Assembly (NCBI GenBank): GCA_950097015.1
Contig: CATNEN010000007.1
Coordinates: 2,480,001 to 2,544,000, forward strand
Direction of reading: 5' to 3'
Source: Macrostomum hystrix
Lineage: Eukaryota; Animalia; Platyhelminthes
DNA length: 64,000 nucleotides
Shown in pieces: positions 36,615 through 48,699 of the stretch. Made by a program: the position numbers and the translations under genes. Positions within the stretch are counted from its first letter, which is position 1. Every line of letters starts with the position of its first letter. The notes beneath the pieces are model-generated. The model searched no databases and had not been told where the DNA came from. It saw only the letters and a list, made by a program, of their open reading frames with translations.

Positions 36615-37449
36615 ACTAGCAATACGACAACTCAGTGTCCTTTGTCAGTGACTTGCAATCAGACCAATTCTATGGTTTTTGAGAATAAATTACTTGAGTC
36701 TTCTTTTAAAATACTTCTGACTTTGGGTTGCTCTTGTCTTATATTGAGCCACTAGTCATTGGCTGTGACTCAAGCCAATCGTTTGCCAATGGATGCCGCT
36801 ATGTGTTTTTGTTTTACGAAAAAAAACGTAGCAAATAAACTCAAGTTAAAAAATGTCATCTTAAATGTAATATGCTCTGAAGTTATGGGCTACCTGTGCT
36901 ACTCTGTGTAATATTTCTCGAACTCAGGTGTTTGCTACATCTAATACTTCGGCATTTACTTTACCTTTCAATGAGCTCAGCAAAATATTGAGAAGCAGGT
37001 GTGTACGACGGGGCGCAGATCGACAAACAGAAAATTTAGATCGCAGTCTAGTCTAAACAGGATGATACCTTTTAAAGGTGAAAGTATAACGAGACTAATT
37101 CTATATTGTTTAATAGTCATTTATACAGTTAAAACAAAAAATATGCGATGTACATGTCAGTTAGGTCCTAATGGACACATTCCTTTCTAGTTTAGGCAAA
37201 ACCGTACCTCATAATTGAAATAGGTTTATCCTTTCAGCCGTTTTCCGCAACCAGTTGCATGCCCACACACTTGGCCAGGTAGCCTGAGTAGCGTGATTAA
37301 TAAACGGAGCCATCATTCAGTGGGGACTGGGCAGTTCCAGCAAGAACGTCATACTGCGCAAGGTCATGAGTTCGAAGCTCCAACCACCGAGCAACAAGCT
37401 TCAGCTGCCGCCTTGCAATTTCTATGAAATTTATCCTTTCCAGGATTCT

Positions 37450-37800
37450 TTTTTCCATGTTTCGTTGGCTCAAAGGCACTTCTAAATCCAGGTCCGCTGG
37501 TATATCGCATAATGTGGCTTGTAAAATCGGCACGGGCCATGCGTTGAGCTTCCAAGCTGACGAAAGAGCAGGAAGGAGACCCTCTACGCGAGGGCCCTGT
37601 ACGTGTGGGTCAGAGGGCCCAGCTGTCCAATATATTTCACGAGCAGCTTTTCAACACTCCGGCCGCCTGATCCAGGCCGAAAGCTACTGCCCACCTTCTG
37701 TTCAGGACGTCACTCTGCTCACCTTGCAGGATCCGCTCAGGTGGGACTGGCTCGCAGTCAGATCCTCGGCCTGTATTTATCTCTGACGCCAAAGCGCTTG
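37450..37800 (+). mobile_element. Decayed 3' fragment of the same RTE-like LINE family as 42800-44427
   Basis: FQHSGRLIQAESYCPPSVQDVTLLTLQDP aligns with LQLAGHVIRAEQHCPEPLQDVLLLSLQGP of the 42789 ORF. Confidence 0.6.
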
Positions 37801-38753
37801 TCACAGCGAATGGGCTGGATTATTTTCGCTCACTGGCACTGAAGCGTGCCAAGCTTTGCCGCCCGTTTTCGCTTCAGCTTTGCAATTGTTGCTGGTGCTA
37901 GAAAATAAAACAAAGGCTTCTTTACCAGCGCCCAGCTACGGTGTAATCATAATCCAGTTCATGGAACAATTCTAGCGCTAGTAAGAAATCTTTAGTGTTT
38001 TATGCCGACACATGGATCCGGTTTGCAGAGAAAAGCTGCTTTAGTAAAGTCCCTCACTACCAAGACAATCAGAAAGCAAAACAAAAATCGTTGACGGTTT
38101 GTGAATCAAAACGAGAAGGAACCGGCAAACACAAAGGAAGAAAAAATGCGGAAGTGTTGAAAACAATAGAATAAAACACAGCTCGCAGCTCTGCTTTCAA
38201 ACTCTAGCTGTACTCTTGCTGTAGCTCTAACTTTGTCTCAGTCGCGACAACTTTTTCACTTCCGTCCTGGTTCTAGGAATGATTATTACACAAAAAATGC
38301 GACGCCAATTTAGCCATAGTACAGCGTGACCGACTATAAAGTTGATTGGTAGCATTAGAAATAATAGGGTACATTTCTAATAGGTCTCGAAGACTTCTTA
38401 CGAAATCAACGCCATGGCCTTTGCACGATCCCGCTGCTAACAAGAAGATGCGCTGACAGCAGAAGACAAAGAGATGCTGTGTGAATCTCTTTACTTTTCT
38501 CCTTTGAATCAACGAATTAAAAATTAAGCAGACACTTTACCGTGCAAGACACGTTGCTTCTTTATCATACTGCTAATTTATTTCAGTCAATTGTCTCTGA
38601 ACGTGTGCACGAAGCTGAATATCATCCAAATTACTGCGTTATCTCTGCAACGCGAAAGGCAAGAGAATACAGCAACTCTAAACTTCAAAAGACTTAGCGA
38701 ATAAAAAAAGCCACGAAGTTTTTTGTTTAGCGACTGCACATTGAATCGGAAAA

Positions 38754-39485
38754 TCATATGAAAGGAGACACACACTCAGCCAGGGCGCCTGTGTACCTAC
38801 TCGCTGAGCAGTCATCGTCATTCAGCTTCGGAATCGTGGAGGGCAGAATCACACAGTCATTGCCAATAACCCAATTATCCGGCTGACCAGCATTCCAGAG
38901 GCTGCTGTCAATGTTGGAGTAGCAGCTGGCCCAGGACCATCCACCGGCTGGCTCCGCACTGCCTGGGGCTTGCCTGCCTCCGAGAATGATGTAGGTTTCA
39001 GGAACTGTCGTGAACATCGGCTTCACGTGGGAGAGCTCAGCATCATCAGCGATGTCAGCCATGATTGTGAGGCCTGGGAGTGCGTCTATTGCAGTTTTGG
39101 CCGAGTTCCAGTCCTGAATTCCGGCGAAGAGCTTGTACTTGGTGCCGCAGAAGTCGTTTGCGAATCCGGCGGGACACAGAGCTCCGGGCGGAAGTCCTGA
39201 CTGCTGCTTCACAAACACCTGCTTGATGCGAGTGCAGCTGCAGTCTCTCACGTACTTGCTGCACCTGTTGAACACGAACAGCTGGCACGGACCGTCGGCC
39301 ATGCTGAATGCCTGGCAGTCAGTTGTTCCATCGCAGATACTAGCGCACTCTATCTTTGATTTCACATCATTGCGAGTCCTCACGAACTTTGGTGTCATGC
39401 ACTGCAGTCCGCTCACTTGGTAGTATTCACACCCACTAACGAGAGCAGCCAGGGACGCCAAGATCACACATTGAAGGAGGAGCAT
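38754..39485 (-). CDS. Secreted PAN/apple + C-type lectin, copy E (QPD, NDC), intact
   Basis: ATG at 39485 (MLLLQCVILAS) gives 243 aa like C, preceded by acceptor-like actttcattccag. The longer ORF-track start at 39563 is unlikely. Confidence 0.9.
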   Translation of the reverse strand: MLLLQCVILASLAALVSGCEYYQVSGLQCMTPKFVRTRNDVKSKIECASICDGTTDCQAFSMADGPCQLFVFNRCSKYVRDCSCTRIKQVFVKQQSGLPPGALCPAGFANDFCGTKYKLFAGIQDWNSAKTAIDALPGLTIMADIADDAELSHVKPMFTTVPETYIILGGRQAPGSAEPAGGWSWASCYSNIDSSLWNAGQPDNWVIGNDCVILPSTIPKLNDDDCSASRYTGALAECVSPFI

Positions 39486-40616
39486 TCTGGAATGAAAGTA
39501 AGTCTTGCCGGCACAAAATTTGGAGTCGGTCATTTGGATCGGAGGACTTATACTCAGCTGCATCGGCTAGGGCCTGACTATCTTCCCCTTGATTTCTATT
39601 GGTTTACAGACTTCTCAACCTAAACTGATGGAGAATATAAGTTGTCTTGACAACGCTTTCATCACGCGTTGTTTTGCTGAGCTGCTTATAGTTTTTTTGC
39701 TCCGTTCTTCTAATGTCGACTTGGAATCAAACATGCGAGCTATGAATTCAGGACAAGACAACCGGTGACAGAATCTGCATTGTGGTGTTATTAAAATTGT
39801 GCATCTACTATCATTTACCTTTGGACTTGGTAAAAAATGTGAACAATTATTTGTTTATTGTGTTACTTTCATGATTTTGAAAACATAATATTATATTTTT
39901 TTAACGCCTAATATTTTGCATAGTTCTCTCTCCCTGTTTCTCTCATTTTTTACTCTTTTGTTTGCGTGCTAAGCCGTGATTGGCTGGTCTGAGGTGCTAG
40001 GGTGAGACTTACGAAGAGCATTCGGCCAGTCAGGGTTTTCTTCAGCCCTTTATTCGCGTGCGATTGGCTGTGGCCGCCACTTCCCGGGCCCCGAGAGCCC
40101 TTGTTCTCTCGCACCTGTCTGAAACTCACCCATACAAGCGTGTAGCTCATTTTTAACCGATTGCCCAACGAAACGGTGAGGCTGCGTTTCACTTTGATTT
40201 AATGCTTCATTAGGGACGGGGTCGATCGGGACGCTCCATCCAAAATGGAGACTCAAACGGTGAACACTCGCCGTCAAGCGCTAGTAAAATCTCGCCACTC
40301 CGGGACCAGTTGTCCAGAGCAGCGGCTTTAGGTCGGGACCTGAGGTCTCGATGGCAGACGGGGCCGAACCCTGTCCCTGCTCTTTGGGAGAGTAATCACA
40401 GTACGTTTGTGACTGTGAACTAGTTTTAAATAATACCAAATAATCTCTGTGTCAAATTTCGATTATGGGAAAGTCTGAATTTTCGCTATTTGTTGAGGAC
40501 GGTAAAACATCGAGCATCGGTTGCAAACTTGCAGGCTCACTCCACGAGCAAGGCAAAAAAGGATGCCAATAGTTCCTTAAATTGACATGCTTGCAATTCA
40601 GTCCTCATTTCCAGAT

Positions 40617-41346
40617 TTAATGAAACGGTGACAAGCATTCAGTAAGGGCGCCGCTGAATGCACCAGAGTTGAGCGGCCCGTCATTGAGAGCCCAAATCGA
40701 AATGTACAGGACAACGTAGTTCTCGTTGCCATTAACATCGTCAGGCTGACCGTCCTTCCACAGATTCACATCGATGCTGGAGTTGCAGCTGGCCCAATAC
40801 CATCCACCGGCTGGCTCAGCGCTGCCCGGCAACTGAAGGCCTCCCACAATCATGTAGGTGGCGGACTCTGCAGTCATTATGGCTTTGACATGAACCATTT
40901 CTGAGTCATCGGTGACATCAGCCATGATGGTGAGGCCTGACAATGAGTCGATGGTGGTCTTTGCCGCATCCCAGTCTCGAATCCCAGCTATGTACTGGTA
41001 CTTTGTACCGCACATGTCGTGAGCGAATCCGGCAGGACACAGAGTTCCGGGCGGCAGTCCCGACTGCTGCTTCACAAACACCTGCTTGATGCGAGTGCAG
41101 CTGCAGTCTATCACGTACTTGCTACACCTGTTGAACACGAACAGCTGACACGGACCGTCGGCCACGCTGAATGCCTGGCAGTCGAGCCTGGCATTGCACA
41201 GACTGGCGCACCTCGTCTTTGATAGAATATGGGTCCGAGTCTCCACAAAGTCGGATTTCATGCAGTGCAGTCCGCTAACTCTGTGGTATTCACCCCCACA
41301 AACGGCAGCAGCCAGGGACGCTGAGATCACAGTGAAGAAGGAGCAT
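40617..41346 (-). pseudogene. PAN/apple + C-type lectin, copy F (QPD), with a 2-bp deletion in the signal peptide
   Basis: ATGCTCCTTCTTCACTGTGATC versus CACTGTGTGATC in copy H; the ATG frame hits a stop after 18 codons. The rest of the ORF is open. Could be an assembly error. Confidence 0.7.
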
Positions 41347-41967
41347 TCTGGAGTGAAAGTGAGTATCTTCACAGCCGACCGCTCAGATTGTAAAAGAGTT
41401 TATTTATTTGGCTGCATCCCTACATACTAAAAACTGATTATGTCCAATTGTTTCTGATTGGTTGGGTACATATTTGTGATTTCTAGTCGTCCTGGCAACG
41501 CTTTTTTACGAGTATTATTTTTTTAGTTCCCTTATTTAGCTAATCACGAGTTGTTAGGCCTCAAAGCTTGTCTAGTAGGATTCAATTATCTTTTCAGCTC
41601 TGTTTTAGGTTGTATGAAAGTAGCGAGGCAAGCCTTTCAGCTCCCTTTTGTATCTGGCTTTTGTAAGTGGGCTAAGCCCGCTTTCGTCAGTAGAAAATTC
41701 TGCCTAAATAAAAATACCGAGGAAAAGCTAGTATTAGAAATCAACGGCACGATGCAGTATCGTTGAGCTTTGTCTGCATTTGACTGTACCAGTTATACAA
41801 GTAAATGTTAAAAATGTTTCCTGGACAGTGCACATAAAGCTCATTTCAATGCACTCAAGCTCTGCAACGATTCCTTCGTTTTATTTACAAAAGCCTTTTG
41901 TCTGCTGTCTTAAAATTACCCAATCTGATAGAAAGCGTTGAAGCTGCTCAAGCATTTAGCTCTGTCA

Positions 41968-42403
41968 TCAATTAAAGGTAGCAAGGCATACACCCCAGAA
42001 GCCAGAATAGCCAGTCACGGTGCCATCGTTAATACCGGGGAAACCCATTCCGTCGAGGGTGAAGTTCTCGGTTCCAGCGAAGTTGTTCGGCTCTCCGCTG
42101 CTCCACAGACTGCCGTCGATGCTGGAGTTGCAGCTGACCCAGTACCAGCCACCGGCTGGCTCAGCGCTGCCCGGCAGCTGCGTGCCTCCGAGCATCACGA
42201 CGGACACGCTGTCCCTCACAAGAACAGCTTTCACATGGGCCAGCTCTGATGAGTTAGTGAGATCTGCCATGATTGGAAGCCCTGGCAACGCATGATTGTG
42301 AGACCCGAACTCGGGTCTCATGCACTGCAGTCCGCTCATTTCGTAATAGGTACTCGAGTTAGCCAGAGCTATCTGCGAAATCAACAGGAACCTCGTCTCT
42401 CAT
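41968..42403 (-). pseudogene. Copy G (EPN type) with an in-frame loss of 95 codons removing most of the PAN domain and the central block
   Basis: QCMRPEF is joined via GSHNH to ALPGL. About 297 nt of copy D are replaced by 12 nt. Shares 5' and 3' flanks with D. Confidence 0.8.
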
Positions 42404-42799
42404 ACTACGCTCGTAGTAGTACTACAACTCAGAGTTCTCCGTCAGTACTTTGCAATTAGGCCAGTTCTGATGTATTTTGAAACCATAAATTTCTCAAACT
42501 CAACTGCTTACATCGACTGATTCTGAGAAATTTACTTGAGTCATCTTGTAAAATATTTCTGACTTTGGGTTGCACTTGTTTTATATTGAGTCATTAGTGA
42601 TTGACTGTGGCCAAAGCAAATAATTTGCTGAATTATGCTAAGAGTTATGCTATGCTCGTACTATGCAATTTTACTGTCTTGTTATGCGACAAAATGGAAT
42701 TTCTCAACAAATATGCGCAGGTATAAAAGTGGCCTTTTTATAAAATATAAATTCTGATACTAAGGCTACATGCGCTACTTTCAGTATTATGTATCTGGT

Positions 42800-44427
42800 G
42801 TTTACCGCAGAGGTCGCACTGCCAGAAGAAAGCTCTTTCAACACCAGTCCTATCACCATTGACGAGGTGCTTCTGCTCGCTAAGAAGACACCGGGCGGCA
42901 AAGCCACCGGACCCGATGACGTGCCTGTCGAAGTGTTGCGCCTCCCGCTGGTGGCGCAAGAAGTCACGCAAGTGATGAACTGCGTGCTGGCGGGAGGTCC
43001 CGCCCCCGCTGAATGGCGGACGGCGCACATCGTCGGGATCCAGAAGAAGCCCGGAACTGTCAAGGTCGAAGAGCATCGCGGAATATCCCTAATGTCCTGC
43101 GCCGCGAAGCTGTACAACAGGGTGCTGCTGACGCGGCTGCAACCTGTGTTGGACCCGTTCCTCCGGCGAGAGCAAAACGGCTTCCGGCCAGGTAGGGGCA
43201 CGGTGAATCAGATTCTCGCTTTGCGCCGCATTTTAGAAGAGACCCGTATCCACCAGTCGGCGGTCATCTGCATCTTCGTGGATTTTCTAAAGGCCTTCGA
43301 CTCGGTGTCGAGACGGGTCATCCCGAAGATCCTGCGCGCGTACCATGTGCCTGAGCAGCTGGTAACGGCTGTGATGGCCCTGTACCAGGAGACCAGGGCG
43401 GCAGTTGTGACGCCGGACGGCCTATCCGATTTCTTCGACACGACCTCCGGTGTGCTGCAGGGCGACACACTCGCCCCCTTTCTGTTCGTCCTGGTCCTGG
43501 ACTGGGTGCTGCGCACTGGCCTCCCTGACGACGCCAACGGCTTTCTGCTCTGTCGCAGGACAAGCAGCCGACACCCCGAAAGACGACTCTCTGTCCTGGC
43601 GTACGCGGACGACCTGGCGCTGCTGTCCAGCTCAATCGAAGGTGCTCAGCATCTGCTGGACAAGCTGACTGCGGCGGCGGCAATGGTCGGGCTGTCCGTG
43701 AACACCAAGAAAACAATAGTGCTGACCGTCCCAAATGACCTCAACGGCGAGATCTTCTGCCACAGCGTAAATGGGCAAGCGGCATTGCTGCCGCGCTGCG
43801 AGACCTTCATCTATCTCGGCGGTCAAGTGCCCGACATCCTGGACGACATGGCGCGACGCAGGGCGCTTGCCTGGGCAGCCTTTCGCACCCTGCGGACTGT
43901 CCTGCAGTGCCCCACGCTGCCGGATCGGCTGAGAGGGCGGTTGTTTCAAGCCGTCATAGAGACCGTCTTTCTCTACAACGCTCAAACGTGGACTCTGAAC
44001 GGCACACAGGAGAAGCAACTCGATGCCGCCCACGCCGGACTCCTGCGAGCCGCCTTCGGCGTCCACTATTCGCCGACTGCCGTCACCAACACCAGCAACG
44101 ATGAGCTCTATCGCCGGGCCCAGCTCTGCCGGCCAAGTCAGCTGCTGCGCATCCGGCGCCTGCAGCTGGCTGGCCACGTCATCCGTGCGGAGCAGCACTG
44201 CCCCGAGCCACTGCAGGACGTGCTGCTGCTTTCCCTGCAGGGGCCCCGGCGGCGTGGTCAGGCGAGGGCGCTACGCTATCCTGAACTGCTATTGACTGAC
44301 GCTGAGATCTCTGACCCTCGTGGACTGACAATTCTGCGCCACTCTGCTCTTGCGCGTGCCTTTTGACGGCAGCCCCTCTGGCTTCGGCCTTGGGTTGTCG
44401 TCCTTTGTTGTTGTTGTTGTTGTTGTT
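42800..44427 (+). mobile_element. 5'-truncated RTE-like non-LTR retrotransposon with an uninterrupted RT frame (ORF 42789-44366)
   Basis: KATGPD, HRGISL, QNGFRPGR, FVDFLKAFDSV, GVLQGDTLAPFLF, YADD. No endonuclease domain. Short 3' UTR and (TTG)n tail at 44405-44427. No clear TSD. Confidence 0.92.
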
Positions 44428-44776
44428 CCGATTTATAAAAGCTTTTATGAAATGGTTAGATAGCATTTAAACTCGAGCTAAGCAGCCAAAAAAGACCATA
44501 GACATCAGAGGTTGGAATCGAGCTCTTTCTAAGAGAAAATACTCTAATTAAATAGGGAAAACAGGATTTTATTGATTTTAAAGGCTCATCATTGACAGAT
44601 TGAAATGTGAGTTAAACCACTTAGTCACAAAAGATTAGCAAAGGCAATGAAAATGGTCAAGCGGTTCACTCTGTAGACCATTTCAGCCGATTTAGTATCG
44701 CAGGAATGCATTAAATGCATTGTTGGTTTCGGAAAACTCTAGAATATTTCTTCGATTTTAATTGAAATCTTGAAAC

Positions 44777-46440
44777 TGTTATGCTGTGCGAGCCTTGTTG
44801 GCATCATATAAATCACTACTGTACTGCATTCATTATCTGTTGTTCCGAGCTATGCAAACCGGCAATGAGCGCAAGACGTACCACCTCTTCTTCCGGGCTG
44901 TCGCTCTGCTTCAAAGAGTCGAATTTGCAGTGTGTCGCTGCCTTTCTTACCCGGGCTAGATAGTGAGTAATTGGCTCGTCAGCACTCTGCCGAAGCGTAA
45001 AGAAGTTTGTCCGCTCAGCCACAACTAAGCGCGTTTGAGGTTGAAGATAGGCTACAAGTGCAGCCTCCACGTTTGTAAAGAGCATTTCTTCAACATCACG
45101 CGGAGCGACCAAGTGTGATAGCTTTTCCAGTGTGGCCAGCCCACAGGATGACAGGAAATGATCCGTGATTTGCCGTGTCTCAGTCGTATCGGTCCATTTG
45201 TTAGCACGAGCCAGCGCTTTGAATGCTTTTAGCCAAGTGAGAGCCCGATCTGCGTTGTTGAGATCCAGTTCACCTAGCCGCGACGCCATTGTCGTGAATG
45301 TGTGGTGCAGTATATTGGCCTTGCTTTTGTTGGAATATGATTTGCCTTTTGCTGATGGCAGTTTGTATTTTTCAGCTTCACGCAACACGAACTCTAACAG
45401 AACGACAGGCGCGGGTTAAAGACTTAAAGGGACACGCCAGGTTGGGGCATAGACAATAAACGAAGCAGCAGCGCTTTTGCTAGTAATAACGAAACTAAAT
45501 GATACGCGATGAACAACAGATAACGAATGCAGTACAGTAGTGATTTATATGATGCCAACAAGGCTCGCACAGCATAACATGTCCCCCTTCCGATAAGAAA
45601 GGTGCAGGAGAAGAAACCAACGAATGATAATACATAGTAGTTATAGAATGCGAATAAACAAAACCATATAGTGTGTTGTCAGTTAGGACTCCAATTCAAT
45701 TGAGATGGGACAGTAATTTATAGATCATGGCTCAAAACGATCAGGTGCGCGCCGAGCACGCGCGCTCCTGCGCGGTGCAAATCCAGCTTCCTGTTGGTCA
45801 TTCGCAGGCTGCTCCTCCTGGTCCAGGACCTCAGAAGCGGCTTCCTCCTCCTCCTCTCCAGTCCCAGGTAGCGGGGCAATTTGGTTGTTGCTCGCCAGTC
45901 GCAATTGAGTCCGTTCAGGAAACTGGAAAGATTGCTCAGAAGCGGAGATGCCGTTCAAGAAGGTAGCTGAGCGCCTGACGATTGAGAATGGTCTGTTGTA
46001 CATGGGAAGGCGTATCTTCATCCCGCCTCGACTCCGCCTCGAAGCATTCAAAGCGGTTCACGATACTCATTCAGGAGTTTCTGCGACATACAATCTGCTG
46101 TCTCTGACCTGCTGGTGGCCTGGAATGCATCACGACACGGAGGAGTTTGTGCGCCAGTGCTATGCATGCGCTAAATTGAGGCCACGTCTGATGAAGTCAC
46201 GCGACATTTGGCCCCCGGCATTGGCCCCATTCCAGAGAGTCCACATGGATTGGGCCTTTGTACCTGGAGTTGGGAACATTCTGATAGTTGTCGATGCCTT
46301 TTCCGGATGGATTGAGGCCTTTCCATCAAAGGATAGATCTGCCGAAAGCGTCCTGAAGTGCCTCCGAACTGTGTTTTGCCGGTTTGGTGTTCAAGAGGTC
46401 TTAGTTTCCGATAACGGAGCCGAATTTACATCTGACGTTT
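44777..46440. mobile_element. Rearranged Ty3/Gypsy LTR retrotransposon relic
   Basis: + LTR 5' fragment 44777-44845; - gag start 45289-44846 (AERTNFFTLRQ..EPITHYLARVR); - LTR 45579-45290 (TGTTATG...GACA) preceded by PPT GGAAGGGGGACA and followed by TGGCG; - pol C-terminus 45947-45725 (PRRSARARRAPDRF); + integrase 45948-46440 (HDTH..C..C, VHMD, VSDNG). Confidence 0.88.
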
Positions 46441-46443
46441 TGT

Positions 46444-46610
46444 TGCTCGGAGGCACGCAGCTGCCGGGCAGTGCTGAGCCAGCCGGTGGCTGGTACTGGG
46501 TCAGCTGCAACTCAATCTTCCACGGCAGTCTGTGGAGCAGCGGAGAGCCGAACAAGACTTCGCAATCGCTCGAATGGGCACCGTGAGTTACACTGGCTAC
46601 TCTGGCTCCT
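46444..46610 (+). pseudogene. Copy K: inverted, decayed 3' fragment of a D/G-type (EPN) lectin gene
   Basis: LGGTQLPGSAEPAGGWYWVSCNS..GSLWSSGEPN followed by a deletion. Downstream flank to about 46900 is homologous to the flank of G. Confidence 0.85.
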
Positions 46611-47312
46611 TGGGTGAATGAGTCGCTCCCTTTAATAATTGACAGAGCTAAATGCTTGAGCAGCTTCAACGCTTTCTGTCAGATTGGCTACTTTTAAGAC
46701 AGCAGCTAAGAAGCTTTTTTGAATATAAGGGAGGAATCGCTACAGAGCGTGAGTCTACCAGTGCGCTGTGAGAAGACTCATTGAAATGACTTATTTAGTG
46801 CTAAATCAAGGCAAGTTTTTATAACGTGTACTTTCATAACTGATACAATTGAAAGCAGACAACGCTTAACGATACTGTTTCGTGTCGTTTACTTCCAAAA
46901 CTTTCACTAGCCCAATAGCCTGCCTTTTGTTCCTATGCCAGGATCCCTACAGAAGAACTCAGGCTCAGTTAGCTGAGACTTTTTTATTTTCTGGCTGTTT
47001 CCTTCCTGGCTGTGAGTCAATAAGGAAGACGAAAGGTGTTTAACTGCAGCCTTCTTTGCCTCGCTTCCGCAAAGTGCTAATGCACATGTTAATTGCTCTA
47101 TTAAGCATCCATTTAAGCCAACGCAGTACCCTCTGCCGAAAATTTTCTTCTGCATTGACGCATAGATGCATAGATGTATAGAGCGTCAATAGTCCAACTG
47201 AAACACTTATTTCCTGAATAACATATGGATTACCAGCGATTTACAAACTGAGTTACTGGTAACCGCTTACTGTTTGCTGAATGTGTCTTGTTGGATCACC
47301 TGAAAGTTTTGG

Positions 47313-48004
47313 ACAGACGCTACCAGGCTGTGCACAGCTCGCAGTAGCTGTACAGACGCTACCTGGCTGTGCACAGCTCGCAGTAGCTGTACAGACGCTA
47401 CCTGGCTGTGCACAGCTTGCAGTAGCTGTACAGACGCTACCTGGCTGTGCACAGCTCGCAGTAGCTGTACAGACGCTTCCTGGCTGTGCACAGCTCGCAG
47501 TAGCTATACAGACGCTACCTGGCTGTGCACAACTCGCAGTAGCTGTACAGACGCTACCTGGCTGTGCACAGCTCGCAGTAGCTGTACAGACGCTACCTGG
47601 CTGTGCACAGCTCGCAGTAGCTGTACAGACGCTACCTGGCTGTGCACAGCTCGCAGTAGCTGTACAGACGCTACCTGGCTGTGCACAGCTCGCAGTAGCT
47701 GTACAGACGCTACCTGGCTGTGCACAGCTCGCAGTAGCTGTACAGACGCTTCCTGGCTGTGCACAGCTCGCAGTAGCTATACAGACGCTACCTGGCTGTG
47801 CACAACTCGCAGTAGCTGTACAGACGCTACCTGGCTGTGCACAACTCGCAGTAGCTGTACAGACGCTACCTGGCTGTGCACAGCTCGCAGTAGCTGTACA
47901 GACGCTACCTGGCTGTGCACAGCTCGCAGTAGCTGTACAGACGCTACCTGGCTGTGCACAGCTCGCAGTAGCTGTACAGACGCTACCTGGCTGTGCACAG
48001 CTCG
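47313..48004. repeat. 39-bp minisatellite (GCAGTAGCTGTACAGACGCTACCTGGCTGTGCACAGCTC), about 18 copies
   Basis: 39-bp period; the (AVAVQTLPGCAQL)n ORF arises because 39 is divisible by 3. Confidence 0.97.
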
Positions 48005-48699
48005 TAGGTACGAGCCAAACAACCCATCGATTTAAAAACTAAAAGAATACAGAAGGCGACAAGCTGCTTTGGAATGGTTAGCGCACCAACTTTACATTGC
48101 GTTGCGATTATTGCTGATTTCCTACTCTAGTAAAAAAATAGATAAATGTTAATTATTCGGTCTCTATGTGTCGACGGTGCCGTCACCGTTAAATCTAAAT
48201 AATAAAGTACAACAGTTCACTAGCTAAGTGCACGATATGTGCAGACTACAAACCAGCAAATTGTGCATTCGTAGAAATAATCTGACTCGTTATAAAACTT
48301 TCTCAAAGTTTGAAAGGAGAAATGCGACTTAAATGCTTTATTCGCTCGAAAGTACACTTTCAAATGCAGATTTCCGTGTTCATAGAAAAAGAACTGATAA
48401 GAAAAGCTAAACCGATTCTAGAAACTTAGAGGTTCAACATCATGTGATCAGCTGTACGGAGGGAACGAAAAAATAATGAACAGAAAGCGTTGTCAAGACG
48501 ACTCGAAACTCAAATGTAGCTGATACGCTCGAATGCAGAGTTGGTTGCAAACCAACCTAAAACAAAGGTAGATTTTCAGTTTAAACTTCTGCAACCAAGT
48601 ATCCAATTCATATCCGTATCCGTATTTCGTATCCGTATTCATCCAATACGAGTATTCAGCTCTAAAGTTACAACCATCAAGACTTTCTTTCACCCAAGA

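Noticed and set aside
42704-44466. Many antisense and alternative-frame ORFs over the RT, transposase, ENaC and lectin genes
   Set aside because: Shadow ORFs of GC-rich coding sequence with no independent motifs.
45948-46586. Integrase-lectin fusion ORF as a new domesticated gene
   Set aside because: The integrase is truncated before its third catalytic residue and the lectin part is deleted and decayed. It is a rearrangement junction, reported under the Gypsy finding.
47281-48042. 253-aa (AVAVQTLPGCAQL)n ORF as a repeat protein
   Set aside because: It coincides exactly with a 39-bp array, has almost no synonymous variation, and shows no signal peptide or splice context.
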